NCBI GenBank assembly: GCA_013265495.1 | Contig: MU058289.1 | Span: 806,001-870,000, forward strand | From: Vicugna vicugna | Lineage: Eukaryota | DNA: 64,000 nucleotides | Direction of reading: 5' to 3' | Part shown: piece by piece, positions 47,741 to 60,782 of the stretch | Numbering within the stretch: position 1 is the stretch's first letter | Layout: each line of letters starts with the position of its first letter | Notes under the pieces: generated by a model | The model's input: only the letters and a program-made list of their open reading frames with translations | Told to the model about the DNA's origin: nothing | Databases searched by the model: none | Made by a program: the position numbers and the translations under genes

Positions 47741-50700
47741 TTACACGCCGCCACCTCCAGGGGCTGGGGTGAGAGGGAGAGAGAGGGAAAGAAAGCACCA
47801 GGGAGCTTCAGTCAGAGACAAGAGGTGGAGGCAGTCCCCTCTCCACTGCCAGTGGGCCCTTCATCCCAACCCCTGAAGCCAGACCTCCAGACTGTCACCC
47901 TTTGAACTAGCACTGGGGAGTCACCAGTGCTGGTGCCCCTGCGGGGACACCTTTGTAGCTTTTGCCCTGCCCCACAATACATTATCTTGGGGGAACACAC
48001 CTGCGATGATGTTAGGGACCCCTGGCCCAGCTTTGCTGGGGTATCCCTCTGCCAGAAAGGAAGTCTCCATCCCCTTCCTAGGCCCCCAACCTTCTGCTAC
48101 ACCTCTACCCCTTTCCAACACCCCATCTCCGGGACATTTGGATACAACCAGAATTCCCCTGTTTCCCACCCACTTGGGACCATCATTCAACTGGAATGGG
48201 TCTGAATCCTGTACTTAGAATGTGCCCAGGTGCCAGGGCTAACCTCCCCTCCCCCAGTCATCCACAAAATTACCCATTAATGTTTTTAAATCTCATTAAA
48301 TGAATGTGAAACTAAACACATGAAATTCCACACCAACCCCCCCAATATTGAGTACCCCAAGGCCGTTTTGTTTTTAGTTATAAAAACTTTATGAGGCAGA
48401 GAGAATCCCATCTCTGATTTTTAAAAAGTCCCTGGAGAGAACACAGTTCCACCAAAAACAGGTTGAGATGTTTTTACAAAATTAAAATGAACAGCCCCAA
48501 GGAGTCAGTCTTTCATCTTATGCTTAAGCCCCCTCCCACATCCTACATTTCTCTCCGTCTTCCTTTACACCTTCGTCCACCTGCACTCACTCTCCCCCTC
48601 CTCTACCCCGTGCCTCCCACATCCCACCCTCCTCCTCAGTCCTCCTCCCCCTCTAACAGCTCCTCCCCCCTCACTCCCCAAACTCTCCTCTGCTCCCCTC
48701 CAGCACCCTTCTCTTCCTCTTATACCCTCATCCTCTTCACTCTTTATCCTATATTCTCCATTTTTCTAGCCTCTTTGTGTCTCTCCTTTTTTTTTTTTGG
48801 ATACAGTTATTCAGAAGCCCTTCCTTCCTTCTTTCCTTCCTTCCTTCCTTCCTTCCTCACTCCCTCCCTTCCTTCTTCTAGATCATTTCATCCCAGATCT
48901 CCCCAAACTGAACAATAAATTCTGGAAAACATCCTATCTTCCTGCCTTCCCCTAGTGCTCAGTTCTGTCTTCATTCTGACTGCCAAAGTCCTTCTCCCAT
49001 GTGGGACCCCTCTCTTCACAGGCTGTGGCTTCCTCCTCTGAGGAATTCCTTCATCCTTGCTTTTATAGGTGTCTGTACTTGTTTCTGGGTAGTTTGAAGG
49101 ACTCTTTAGGACATTTCACATCCCAGTAACTCCACGGCTTAACATTTTTGATCTGCTGGGTCTCAGGGTCAAGGGACTGAATTTCCCATGTCCATCGTTG
49201 GTGACTCCATTCTTGGGGACACCCAGTGCCACCCCCTCTTTGACTCCCCTCTCTGCTCCCACCCATCCTCCTTCCAGAACCACACCTTCTCACACCCTCA
49301 CCTGAGGAGGGAAGCTCCGACTTACAGGATTTGCATGTTGGGCTGTGAAAGCAAAGATGAGAGAGGAGAGCAGATAGAGGCTGAGTGGCGCAGGCTTTAC
49401 AGGAAACACCCTTTCATTATGGCGGTGCCCCTGGGCCCCGGGCTGCTCCCACCCACCCCCTCTCTCCCCACTGCCGCCAGACCTCTCAGACCTGGAGTCC
49501 GCCTTCCTACACTTCACCTTCTTGCCTGTTAGGAGAGAGATAACAGAACAAGGAGACAGGACATGAGGGTTTGGGCAAAGGCCAGCAGGCAAACTGCAGG
49601 TCCTCTCTGAGGGGCTTTGGAGCCCAGGAAAGGGTCGCACTTACTGACGATGATGAGGATGCCCAGCAGGAACAATATGGTAGCCAGCGTCATGCCCACA
49701 GTCTGCACCGTGTCATAGTCTGGGGGAGACATTGGAGGACATCAAAGTGGGGGTGGCGCTTCAGCCCCCCTGGAGCCTTGGCCTGGCTTCAAGGCTGCAG
49801 GCTCCGTCAGTGGGTTACTGCGAGGATTGAGAGCATGACCTTGGACACTGGGAGCTCCCCTTGAACTCTCCCCTCTCCCTGTCTCAGGATTCTTTGGCCA
49901 TAGATATAGATATGACCTTCCTCTACTGCATGTATACATATTTTTCCAGCAAGCAACCTTCTCTGTGGTTTCCCTGCCCCTCACCGCCGACTCCACCTGT
50001 TAACAGTGGAGTCCAATCAGGGGTCCTCCTGAGCTCAGAGCACACCTCTCCATCCCCTCCAACTACCACTGCATTCCAAGTAAAAGCCAAAGTCCTCCCC
50101 ACAATCCACAGGGCCCTCAGTGGTCTAGTCCCTATTCCTTCTCAGACCTCATCCCACACCACTCTCCTCCTCAATCCCCTACTGCAAGTACACTGGTCTC
50201 CCTGCTGCTCCCGGAGCCTGTCAGATGTGGCCCCACCTCAGGGCCTTTGCACTTGCTGGGCCCTCTGCTTGAAAGTTCCTCCCCCAAATATCCCTCCCTT
50301 AACCACTTCTGGGCTTTATTCAAATGTCACCGAAAACTTCTCTGGCTGTCCTAATTAGAATTTCCCATCCCAGTCCTTAACACTTCCAAATCTCATTCTT
50401 TTCTGTGTTTTCGTAAGAATTACTATTGTCTAATACGCCACAGTACATATTTGTTGAAATGTGAATTTATAAAGCATCCACTCTGTACCAGCAGTGGTCC
50501 AGGCCTCTGCCCTCAGGGAGTTGACTTTCATATTGTGATAAACAAAATAAAATAAAATAAACTGAGTCATGTGACCATGGCTAGATGTGGGTGAGTTTCC
50601 TCTTCCTGGGGAATCAAGAGGGCCTCTCCTAGTACAGTCATTATTTGATCTGAGGCCTGAAGAAGAAAATGAAGCCTTAGCTAGCTGTGTGAAGCGCTAG

Positions 50701-53700
50701 AGGAGGAGTGTTCCTGGCAGAGGGAACAGCAAGTGTAAAGCAGAAAAAAATCTTGGCATACTGAGGAGCAGTATGAGTGAGCAAAAGGAGAGGGCAGGAG
50801 GGTGTTTAGAGAGGGAACTGGGGTCAGGTCTGCTAGACCTGGAGCAACTTCTTTGCGCTTCAGTGCTCTGGGGATGATTTAATGGTATCATCCAGGTAAA
50901 TCTTTTCTGCAATCTTCAGGTGAGAACTATTACTATTCTTTATTTACAGAAAGGTCCAGAGAGGCAAAGTTTCTTGCTCAAGGCCACACAGCTAGTGAGT
51001 GCATAAGCCAGATTCAAATCCAGGGAGCCTGGCATCACAGTTGCCTGCTTCTCTGATGACCCCAGTGCAGCAGCCCAGAGTCCTGGTGAAGCCTGGAGAG
51101 GGTCCATGGAGGGTACCCCTCTCCCCAGATGTGATCCTACCCTCCATGAGCCCAGCTGAGGTGAATTATATCGGCATGATCATATGGCCGGTGGCCCAGC
51201 ATGTAGCACATGGCCAGCTGCTGTGACCTGTGGGGATCTACAACCACCCCTCCATCCAGTTCCAGGGTACCCTTATCACAGAATCTGCCACTCACCATAG
51301 TAAAATGGGTCAGGTTCCTGAGGAACTGTGGGAAGAAGGCAGAGAAAAAGAGGGAAAAATTTTTTCAACACTGGGCTCAACATTTTTTAGGATCCTGATG
51401 GGGCCACTGGCCCAGTGGTTTCTGTGTAGAAATATGACCATCAGACCCTTTGCTCTGGATGATGTAGCCTCATGGCAGGACATAAAGTTTTAAGAGAAGA
51501 GCCACCACTCACTCCACTGGTCGATATCTTCCCTTGTACAGTGCACAACCTACCTAACCGTACATGGCAGTCTTGGTCCTAGCCCCCTGTGGAGGTCTGA
51601 TGCGAACATGGACTCTTCCTGAAAAACACATATACACTCCCACTGGCATATGATGGGAGTGAACACACTCCAATCTCACTTGTGGACTGCTGAGGGTATC
51701 AGCTTCCCCCAAACACTCCCTAAAACTTCTCAGTCATCTGAGGGCTCTAAAAGGCAGGCACTGTGGCTTCTGCTCTCATCCACATGCTCCTGCCACTAAA
51801 TCCAGCAGAGTGGAGCTGTCCAATAACTCAAGTTATATATATCCTATGTTACTTATTTCTCAGACCCCATCAATTTTTAAGATTCAAAATTGACTCTGTA
51901 ACTACTTTCCCAGTGTGTGTGTATGTGTGCATGTGTATATAACTGTACCATGTGAAACATACCCACCTATTAGAAGACTCACCTTGATTTCATCAGTGTT
52001 AATATGTGGATAAAATGTGTGTGTGTGTCTGTGCATTTACTTTTCCTAGTCTCCCACCTCCCTGTCTCGAACCATATTCCCCTTCAGGAGAGCTCAGAAC
52101 ATCCTTCCCGTTCAAGAAGCCCACCCTGATGCTTCCCTAATTCCTCTGACAGCTCTTAGTGCATTCTGCCCTGTCTAGAGCAGAATTCTGCAAAGCATGC
52201 ACCACTGGGGGGTGAGGGGATACCAGGAGGGCCAGGGCAAAGCCAGAGGTCTTCATTAGTGCTCAGGGAGGATGGCTAACTTGAGGTTGGGAAGGGGGTA
52301 TGTTTACTAATTCTGGCCAATGGACTGTGAGTGGAAGTGCCATCGTCACTTCCGGTTTGCAGCATTTTAAGTGCCCATGCAAGAGCTCTCTTTTGCCTTT
52401 GGCCTGGTGACATGAATGTTCAAGTTCGTGGCTGCTCCAGTTTTCCTTAGGGAGTAGAGATCCCTAGTCGGCCAGTGATGGATATATCATGTAAGTGAGA
52501 AATCAACTTTGGTTGTCAGAAACCACTGAGATCTTTGGTACTATTTGTTATCACAGCATACTCTAACTTAAACTGACTGATTCAGGCAGCACCCAGGCAA
52601 GACCCTGAATAACACTGATTCATAGTGTGTAAGTTCGCCCTTCTCAGTTTCCTGTCCAGTCCTCAAAGGGGAAGTCTTAAATAGTTACTGATGTGTTTGT
52701 ACGCCTCTTAATCTCCCAAGAGAAAACAGGCCTTGGGCCAAGGGCCTTCAGCAGGCAACAATTCCTAAGTAGAATTTCATGACATTATTTGGTTTTCGCC
52801 TTTATTTATCTAAACAGCATTTGATAGCACCAAATCCACACCAGGCTCTTTTCTAAGCACTTTACAGATATTAACACACAATCTTCATAGCAGCTCTCTG
52901 ATATAGGTGCTATCCTCATTCTCATTCCACAAAAAAGGGACACTGAGGCCCAGAAAAGTGTAATCACTTGTTTAAGATCATTTGAATACTTGCCTTCAAT
53001 GTAAGGCAAAAAAAAATCCTGGTATTTCCATTAGTGATAATGATATAAAATAAAGCTAAAGAAGTTGTTTAAGAGTTAATCCTTTGAAGAAAAAATGTTA
53101 AATAAATGTCAGTGTGGGGAACTTTTGAATAGGGCAAAAATCATGAAGTTGGTACTCACAAGCATCAAGATGGGGAAACATTTTAAAGTCATCTATGGGC
53201 TTAGCTACCCCATCAGATGGAGAGTAAATTCACTTGACTCATCTCTGCAGTTGATTCCAGTATTTATAAAAGTCTTTCAAAAAATTTCCTAGAATGAAAG
53301 AATGAATGAATGAATGAATGTGAGCATCTGGCTAGCCTGCAGGAAGCTATGTATCAGAACTGGAGCAGTTGGATTATCTTGCTTTTGTCTCCTGTGTCTC
53401 CACACACCCTGCCTCCCAAACCATCAGAAGCCCACTTGGTGAGCACTTGCCCTAGAATCCTCTTTGGTTCCTCCCTGGGTGCTCCCTGCTCCATGCAGAA
53501 GTTCCTCCTTTGGTCCCTGCTGCCACAGCAATCTGGGTCCTCAGGGTGAAGCTGGGCTAAGGGTGGAGCCAGGAGACAGGAGAAGGAATGTGCACCACTC
53601 CTGGCCAGTTGCCAGGGAGACATCAGGAAGGAGGTGGTTACTATGGCAACTGGGGCATCTTGAGAGGTGATGGGTCTGGGTACCTTAGGCTGGGTGGGGT

Positions 53701-54049
53701 CCTGTGTGGGACTTGAGGGGTTGGGTTTCTAACTCTGGAGCCAAACTTGACTCCCCCTGCTCCCTCTGTACTTCCGATCATTGCCCCTGCAGGACTGGCT
53801 TCTAGCCAGGGATAGGGACCCAGGCCCAGTTATGCTCCCACATCTCCTTTCTGTTTGCCCCCCATCATACCCTCCTGCTCTCTGACTAGGAGGGGTGAGT
53901 GTGGAGGGAGCCACTCGCCCCTCTCTCCCCAACAATCCATTAATTAATTTCATTAAGTGATTTGCAACAGCCAGTATGTGTTTCCTTCCCCCACCCCGGG
54001 GTTTCCCAAGATCTGTGGTCCACTCTCATGCTGTGACTGGGGAAAAGGG

Positions 54050-54098
<49 letters not shown>

Positions 54099-55504
54099 GA
54101 GGGGATGATTGAGGCATCTGTCCTCCCACCTCTGCCGGTCTGCTGCCATCGATCCTGCTAACCACTATCTCCGCGAAAAGAAGCCCTGGGCTCCCGCCAG
54201 GCCTGCTGCCTCAGCCCTGCCCCCCCTCCCTAGGGTGGCTTCCAGCCTCTGCAACCGCCCCCCCACCCCCCCACCGCCCTGCTTCAAATTCTGCAGATAT
54301 GGCTCAGTGCAGCAGCCCCCGCCTGCCGGGAAAGGGGGCAGGGGAGAAAAGATGAGAGTGGAATTGGGGTTCCCTTCTCCACCAGGGGCTCCTCAGCTCC
54401 GTTGGCCTATCCCCTGGCCCTGCTGTCAGTGCTAGAGACCCTCTCCCTGCCCACCTCTCCCCCACCATGAAAGCATTATTTCCCTCACTCCTCCGCAAAA
54501 CTAGGCTCAAGAAAGGGGGCTGTTAGGGGGGAGTGAGTGTTTCAGCGGATGCCTAACTGGGTTAGTGGTGTGAAATGTAAATCTCTGTGTGGCTGGATGG
54601 AGGTGGGGAGGGGGCATGTGTGTGCACATCCGAGTGCACCTCCCGGACCAGAGAACACCCCTGGATGTGGGCTGGGAAGGAGGGTCCTCCCACCCACTGC
54701 TTCCCGGGGCGTGGGGGTGGGGGGGCTCACTGCAGTAGCGCGGGCCCCACCCTGCGCTGCCCCTCCTTCTCTTTTCTATTTCTCTCTCACACTGTGGGTC
54801 TATCTCTTTTTCTTCCCCTGTGTTTTTGCCTCGCTCTCCATAGTTGCCTCAGTCTATCTCTCAGTCTGTATCTCTTTCAGGCTCTCTCAGTCAGTCTCTT
54901 TCTATGTTCCTTTCTGTCCCCCTTCTCTCACTCTGTCTCTCCCCATCTCTGTCTCACTTCCTCCAGCTCGCGTCTTTCCCTCATTCTCCCCACTTCCCGC
55001 TGAACTTGCCTGTCAGGGATTTCAGGAAACACCCACCATAGGGGCCAGCACCAGAAAAAAGAGGGCTATGGAGCCTCTCCCCTTACCCACCCCAAGGACC
55101 CTGAAATCTGCGAGAACCTCTGTGGCTGCAGACCCACCCGCTGGAAGCCCATCTTGTCGAGTCCACTACCACCGCTCTGCTGGACCAGCCACCCGGTTGC
55201 CATAGCTACCGGTCCGAGCATCCTTTCTCCCGGGACTGCCGCTCTCCAACCGCGGGTCCCGCACAGGAACGACACCATCGGGAGGGGGTGTCCAAGAGGC
55301 CCAGAGGGGTGTCAAGGGGTGCATTGCAGGCGCCGCCGCCCATGGGAGGAGGAGGAGCGGACATCCCCCTCCCCACTCCCCTCCTCTTCCATTACTGAGA
55401 TCTCCCCAGATCCTCTCTCCTAAGCTCTAAGATCTCGGAGCCCACCCTGCGCCCTCTCCCAAGCGACGCTCACCCTTTGTAGGGACCTCAGTCGGGGTCG
55501 CCAT
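47741..55504 (-). CDS. FXYD7: FXYD domain-containing ion transport regulator 7, 80 aa
   Basis: Exons (-): 55504-55474 (MATPTEVPTK), 51325-51296 (VPQEPDPFYY), 49719-49645 (DYDTVQTVGMTLATILFLLGILIIV), 49525-49483 (KKVKCRKADSRSE), 49342-49302 (PTCKSCKSELPSS) and 47763-47741 (PGGGGV*). Total 243 nt with canonical splice sites. Confidence 0.95.
48819..48875. repeat. (CCTT)n simple repeat
   Basis: Read directly from the sequence. Confidence 0.85.
54054..54095. repeat. (TG)n microsatellite in FXYD7 intron 1
   Basis: Perfect run of about 20 units. Confidence 0.95.
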
Positions 55505-55780
55505 GCCGGGCTGGAGCAGGGGGCAGCTGGATGCCGAGGCAGTGAAGGCGCGGCTGCAGCAGCTGGAAGCGGGACAGACTGATGTGGGGGGTAGATGGTG
55601 GGAGCCCTGGTGTGGGGGGGGCCGTAGCCAATGGGGGCCCAGAGAGCCCGCCCCCGTCCCGGTCACCCCCGCCCCCGCTCCCGCCCACTGCCGACGTCCC
55701 CGCCCCTTCCCCAAGGGTGGGGGCGCCCCCTGCTGGGGCCAAGGGGGCCCCCAGGCCTTCCGCGCGGAAGGACTGACAGA
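55505..55780 (-). promoter_or_regulatory. FXYD7 5' UTR and GC-rich promoter (CpG island)
   Basis: Several CCCCGCCC GC boxes, a CCAAT (about 55628) and a TGACGT-like/GACGTC motif, all immediately upstream of the ATG at 55504. Confidence 0.65.
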
Positions 55781-55794
55781 TCTACACAGCGCTG

Positions 55795-55928
55795 CCAAGA
55801 GAGGAAAGCACATTTTATTGGAAATCTGGGCGGCAGAGAGGTGTCTGTAGGGGCAGGGCTGAGGCAAAGGGCAGTCCAGGTGGCGGTAGGCGGGAGGTGG
55901 GTGGAAGGCGTCAGGTGCAGGGGGAATC
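55795..55928 (-). other. FXYD1: FXYD1 terminal non-coding exon with AATAAA (55819-55814)
   Basis: Donor CAG|GTCCTG at 56037/56036, acceptor CCCCCATAG|G at 55929/55928, then AATAAA. Confidence 0.6.
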
Positions 55929-56065
55929 CTATGGGGGTGAAAAGGGTGAGAAGCAGGAGAACCTTCCAGACCCCCTACTGCAGCCCTTCACCCCCTCCTT
56001 CTTCTCCCTCCCCCAGCCTAGTCAGAGCTGCAGGACCTGGCTGGGTTCCATTGCGCCAGGTGTTT

Positions 56066-58743
56066 CTACCGCCTGCGAGTGGACAGACCTGAGGGGGAAC
56101 ACGTAGAGTTCGAGTGTTAGGAAGGGCACTCCCAGCTCCTCTGGAAGATGGGGGCAAGGCAGGGCAACTCTTCGACCTCGGGTTTCAGATCAAGCCCCTC
56201 CCTCTACGCGCCCAGGGAGGACCAGGAAAGGGGTTCTTGAAACCAGCTCACACCCCCAAACACCCGAAGTCTCCCCAAACTCACGGCGGATGGAGCTGCG
56301 GAAAGTTCCCTCCTCTTCATCAGGTTCCCCAGTCCTGGGAAAGGAGATGCAGAAGGAATTGGGGATGGAAAAGGGGAGAGGCAGCCGCTCCCAGGAAACT
56401 TCAGTGCAGCCCCCATTTAACAGTCCAGTGTACCAAGACCCAGAGGTGGGAGAGGAGCAAGCTCGTGGCCACCAGGAAATCTAGAGCACCCAGGAGCAGT
56501 TTAAGCGTGTGGCAGGAGACGCTCCAAGCTCCAGCACCTCCCAGAGTGCTGGAGAAGGAACTGGAATTTGGAGGGGGAGGGATAGCCAAAGCGACTTCAG
56601 GGCAGATTGCCTAAAAATGCCCTAGGTTAGAAACCCAGAACCCTCATCTTCTAGTTGAGTGACTTGGGTGGGGGCATGCGATCACCCCCCTGTGCCTTGG
56701 TTTCCTCTTCTGTAAAATGAGGTTAATATCACCTACCTTATAGAGGTGGTGTGGGCGGGGAGGGGGGTAAATAACACACAATGAAACAGCATCCTGCACG
56801 TGGGACACACCTAATAAAACCTACCTTTATTTATAACATCTACAAGTATCTTAACACGGAAAAGGTATTCATACATTGCCTGGGCTTTAAAATTTTATTT
56901 AAAGATGAATCAAAGAGCTAGGAACAGCACTCCGAGCTAAACTGGGCCGCCAAGTGAGGTGATCTCATTTCGCCGCGGCTTTCTTTCACAGCACTTATCA
57001 CACTTCGTGATTTCATATTTGTGGGTCTGTTGGAACCCATAGCCACCGCCCCCATTGGGCTGGGAGCTCAGCCAGGAAGAGAGGGCAGTTAATTCGCGGC
57101 TTGGTCCCAGGGCTTGGCGTGGGGCTGGGCACGTAGTAGGTGCTTAATACATATTTGATATTTGCCGTAGGGTCTCTGGTTGTAGATTGAGTGGACTTCC
57201 GGCCTCACCCCCAGAGCCCCTGTAGGGAGTAGGTGAGTGAGAGCCCAGAGAGGCCTCTTACCTCTGCTGCTGGTTGAATTTGCACCGGCATCTTCTGCCT
57301 GTGGGTGGGGATGTGGGGAGGAGAGGGCTGATATTCCGCTCTGCGCCGCACGGCGAGGAGCTCCTGCTTCAGCTCTCTCTCGCAGTGCGCGGAGCCTTGG
57401 GGATAAGGGAGGGCGGTGAAGGGGCGGGGCAGGGGTGGGGCCGAGGGCGGGGCAGGAACAGGTGCAGGGCTGAGGTCGCAGATGAGTGGCTGGCGGCACG
57501 GTGGGGATACCCACTCAGGACGATGAGAATGCCCAGGATGAAGAGAATCCCGGCGATGATGAGGCCTCCGATCCGCAGGGACTGGTAGTCTGTGGGCAGC
57601 AGGAAGGAGAGTGAATGCAGAGAAGGAAGGAGGAAGGATAGGAGAGAGGAAGACTGGTGAGGAGGAAGGACCAGGGAAGAGGAGAGGAGAAAGGAGATCA
57701 ATGAGAGGAGGAGGGGGAGAAATGGGAGAGGGGGACCAGGGAGAAGAGAGGGTGTAAAAAAAAGGAAGGGGGGAGATGGGCAGGGCATGGGGGAGGGAGG
57801 AAACAAGGGAGTAGGGGAGGATGATGGAGAGGATGAAGGGGACAGGGAAGGGAGAAAAGCAGGCAGCAGCAGAGGATGGGCCATCAGATATTGAGAAGTA
57901 AAGGGAGAAAGAGAGAATCAGAAAGACAGAGAGGGATCAAATAAAGAGACAGAGACCCACAGAGAGACAGAGAGAACCAAAGGGAGATCAAGACAGAAAG
58001 AGTCAGAGAGCCAGATCAACAGAAAGAGAGAATGAGAGAGATATAAACACTGAGAGTCTAGAGGTAGATGGAGCCAGAAACAGAAAAAGATGGGGGTTGA
58101 GGAGGAATGAGGAGAGGACAGGCTAACCCAGCCCAGCACCCCCAGCTCCCAAGGAAAGATGTCTCTCCTGCCCTCACCATAGGTGAATGGGTCGTGTTCC
58201 TGTGGAGAGTCTGGAAAGAGAGAGAGAAATCAGGGTTGGATGCTTCCTGGTATCCTGGACAGGGAGGGGCGGAAGGAGATCCTTTTGGGACTTTCAATTC
58301 CTGAGCCTAGAGTCTGGGGACTTTCGGGCCGCAAGCAGGCTGCCCACCCTCTCTGCGTCTTGGATGGCCCTCTGTGCTGTCCTGACCGGGGCAGGGAGGA
58401 CCTGACTGCCTCAGCTGCCCATCTTATTACAGGTTGTCTGTGATTCCATCATTCATGGGAAGCCAGTCTCCACCCAACCTTCATCTTTGCCTGACCTGGG
58501 GCATCCTCTCCCCTCCCCCAGATACTAGCCTGTGACTGGACCCTATGTAAGACCTCAATTTCCTGGTGCCCCAGCTGATTCAGTTGAGATTGGCTTCTCC
58601 AATTTGTTTCTCTTGCAGGGTTCCCCTACCTTTGCCACCCTTGGGGCTGAAGTGAGTAGTGGGCTGCCTCCCCTAGACTCACCTGCATTGACCATGCCGA
58701 GGAGACCCACACAGAGAACCAAGATGTGGCTGAGAGAGGCCAT
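56066..58743 (-). CDS. FXYD1: Phospholemman (FXYD1), 92 aa
   Basis: Exons (-): 58743-58683 (MASLSHILVLCVGLLGMVNA), 58210-58178 (DSPQEHDPFTY), 57589-57515 (DYQSLRIGGLIIAGILFILGILIVL), 57298-57262 (RRCRCKFNQQQ), 56334-56285 (TGEPDEEEGTFRSSIR) and 56088-56066 (LSTRRR*). Total 279 nt. The palmitoylation cysteines and the PKA/PKC motif RSSIRRLST are intact. Confidence 0.96.
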
Positions 58744-59203
58744 TGTCCTGGGGGACACCAAGGGTCAGGAAATGTGTCCCCTTGTTCCCCTACCACTGGG
58801 GCCTGAGCCCAAGGGGTTAAGTCAGGGACAGTCCAGGGACTTAATTCCAAAAGCATCCATCATCCAGCTTGGTCACCCCGAGAAACAGGGGCATAATGTC
58901 ACCAAAATAACTCACACAGTGGGAGTCACACAGCAGCAAGGACAGGGGTGAGACACACAGTCCACAGGGATCTCCCACAGGCCAGGGCCTCCCCCACCAC
59001 AGGCCCCAGACTCTCCACGCCTAACCCGGCGGGGAAAGCAGGATGCCTCACCCCACCCAGGTGGAGACACAGACATGCTGCCTGGGACGAGACAGCCAGG
59101 ACATGCCCAAGGGCCCACCTGCCTGCACACCACGGCCTTGCTGTCTGTAATATCCCAGCTCTTCTGCCCTCGGCGGCTGGCCGGCTCTCGGCCTGACCCT
59201 GGG

Positions 59204-59211
59204 TATAAATA
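59204..59211 (-). promoter_or_regulatory. TATA-like element (TATTTATA), possible alternative FXYD1 promoter
   Basis: AT-rich octamer in a GC-rich context about 460 nt upstream of the ATG exon. Candidate donors lie downstream (e.g. CTGT|GTGAGT at 58916). Confidence 0.35.
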
Positions 59212-59897
59212 TCTCCCACTTCACCCTGGAGGAATTTGCCTCGCACAGGCCACCATGGCAACAGCCTTTCTTCCCTCACTCGGGGGTCATGCACAACCCT
59301 GCTGGGGTGAGGCCGGGCTGCCACATCGCCCCAGGCTGCCCCCGTGGGAAAGGCCACCCTTCTCCCTCCTGGAAGCAATGAAAACAGGGAAAACGTCCCC
59401 TTCGCCTGTCTCCGGGTGACATCTCTCACAAGCGGACACCACCAATCGAGTGACATGAGGCCCCGGCCAGCGGGGCTGAGAGACAGAAGACAGACGCCAG
59501 GGGCAGGGACGCACGCATGCGCACACGCACGTGCACATAGTGGGGCTTGGGATGGAGACGGCGCCCACTCCCCAAACTGCTGTTTGGAGCAGGGCGTGGA
59601 GTGGAGACGTAGGCACGGTTCCTCCTCATCTGGGCCTCCCGTGCCCCTAAACAGTGACGCAACCTGACCTACACACATGTGTCCAGAACCCACAGCAGCC
59701 AGGGTGCACACGCAGCAGTGGGAGAAGTGAAGAGCTGCACACCCCTGCTCCCACCCCTGGGGGAACCCCAATGTCCCAACCACACTCCCTTCCTCTCGGG
59801 TCTGGCCTGCCTGCCCGGGAAGCCACTCCTGCTCCCAAAAGAGGCGGCCCAGCCAGGCCAGGGGTGAGGCCTGGAGGGGAGGGGCGGGGACGCTCAC

Positions 59898-60010
59898 CCC
59901 AGTCAGGCTGTCCCCTGCCGAAAGGAGGCCCCCAAACGTCCGGCTGTGCCCCGGGGCGAGCACTTTGGACCCCCTGGCCCAGAGCTGGACTCGCCGCCCT
60001 CAGCGGTCTC
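59898..60010 (-). promoter_or_regulatory. Probable FXYD1 upstream non-coding exon 1 and promoter
   Basis: Donor GACTGGG|GTGAGC at 59898, splicing to acceptor CCCCCAG|GACAATG at 58747. It resembles the human FXYD1 5' UTR as I recall it. The 5' end is approximate. Confidence 0.55.
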
Positions 60011-60742
60011 CCCTCCCAGCCCCACCCCACCCTCACCCTCCCCAACCAGCAGCTGTAACTGGAGCCGGGCTGGAGGGGGGCCAGGGGGCGGCCCCCAGCC
60101 CAGACCGCCCTGGCCCGCTAGGTTAACTCTCTCAGCTCAGATGGAGGAACAGTAGGCAGCCAGCATCCAGGAAAGCTGGGGAAAGGAGATGCTGGCAGGG
60201 AGCACTGGATTACAGGCACACAGGCACACAGGCACACATGCACACATAGACACACTCACAGGTGAGCCTCAGGCACACCTCGGAGACCTTCTGAGCTGGG
60301 ACAGGACAGTGGGTGTCAGTGATCTTCTGCACTGCTCCCTGGAAATTGGGCCCAGCCTGGGCTGAAGGTCGCCCGGCCTGAATGCTTAGGAGTCCACTGA
60401 CCATGACCCCAGGGTTCTGCAAAGCCCTCGGCAGTACCCCAGGGCTGTTTTGGGGGCATTTCAGTGTGTGTTTATGTTGTCTGCTGCTGGTTGTGAGGTC
60501 CCCAGGGTTGCAAACACACACACACACACACACAGAAAGCCAAAAACCCAGATAAACAGGCACAAAGCAAGACAAATACATGTATGTACATACATACAAA
60601 CTCGGAATAACACACATACTCATTCAGTTGGATGCCCGTACGGAAACACAAAGACACAGGAACACTACTGGCCATTCTTACAAATGGTCAAAAGGTACAC
60701 ACTCTTGTGAGGACCATATTGACAGATGTGTGTAGAAACAAA

Positions 60743-60744
<2 letters not shown>

Positions 60745-60776
<32 letters not shown>
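60745..60776. repeat. (CA)n microsatellite
   Basis: Perfect run; shorter runs occur at about 60514-60533 and about 63605-63626. Confidence 0.9.

Positions 60777-60782
<6 letters not shown>

Noticed and set aside
46294..47772. 492-aa ORF and other ORFs spanning the N run
   Set aside because: Artefacts of translating through the assembly gap.
54537..55205. 222-aa ORF with a hydrophobic stretch
   Set aside because: Comes from a CT-rich low-complexity tract antisense to FXYD7 intron 1.
58926..59963. 345-aa minus-strand ORF upstream of FXYD1
   Set aside because: GC-rich promoter/intron sequence crossing a splice donor, with no recognisable domain.
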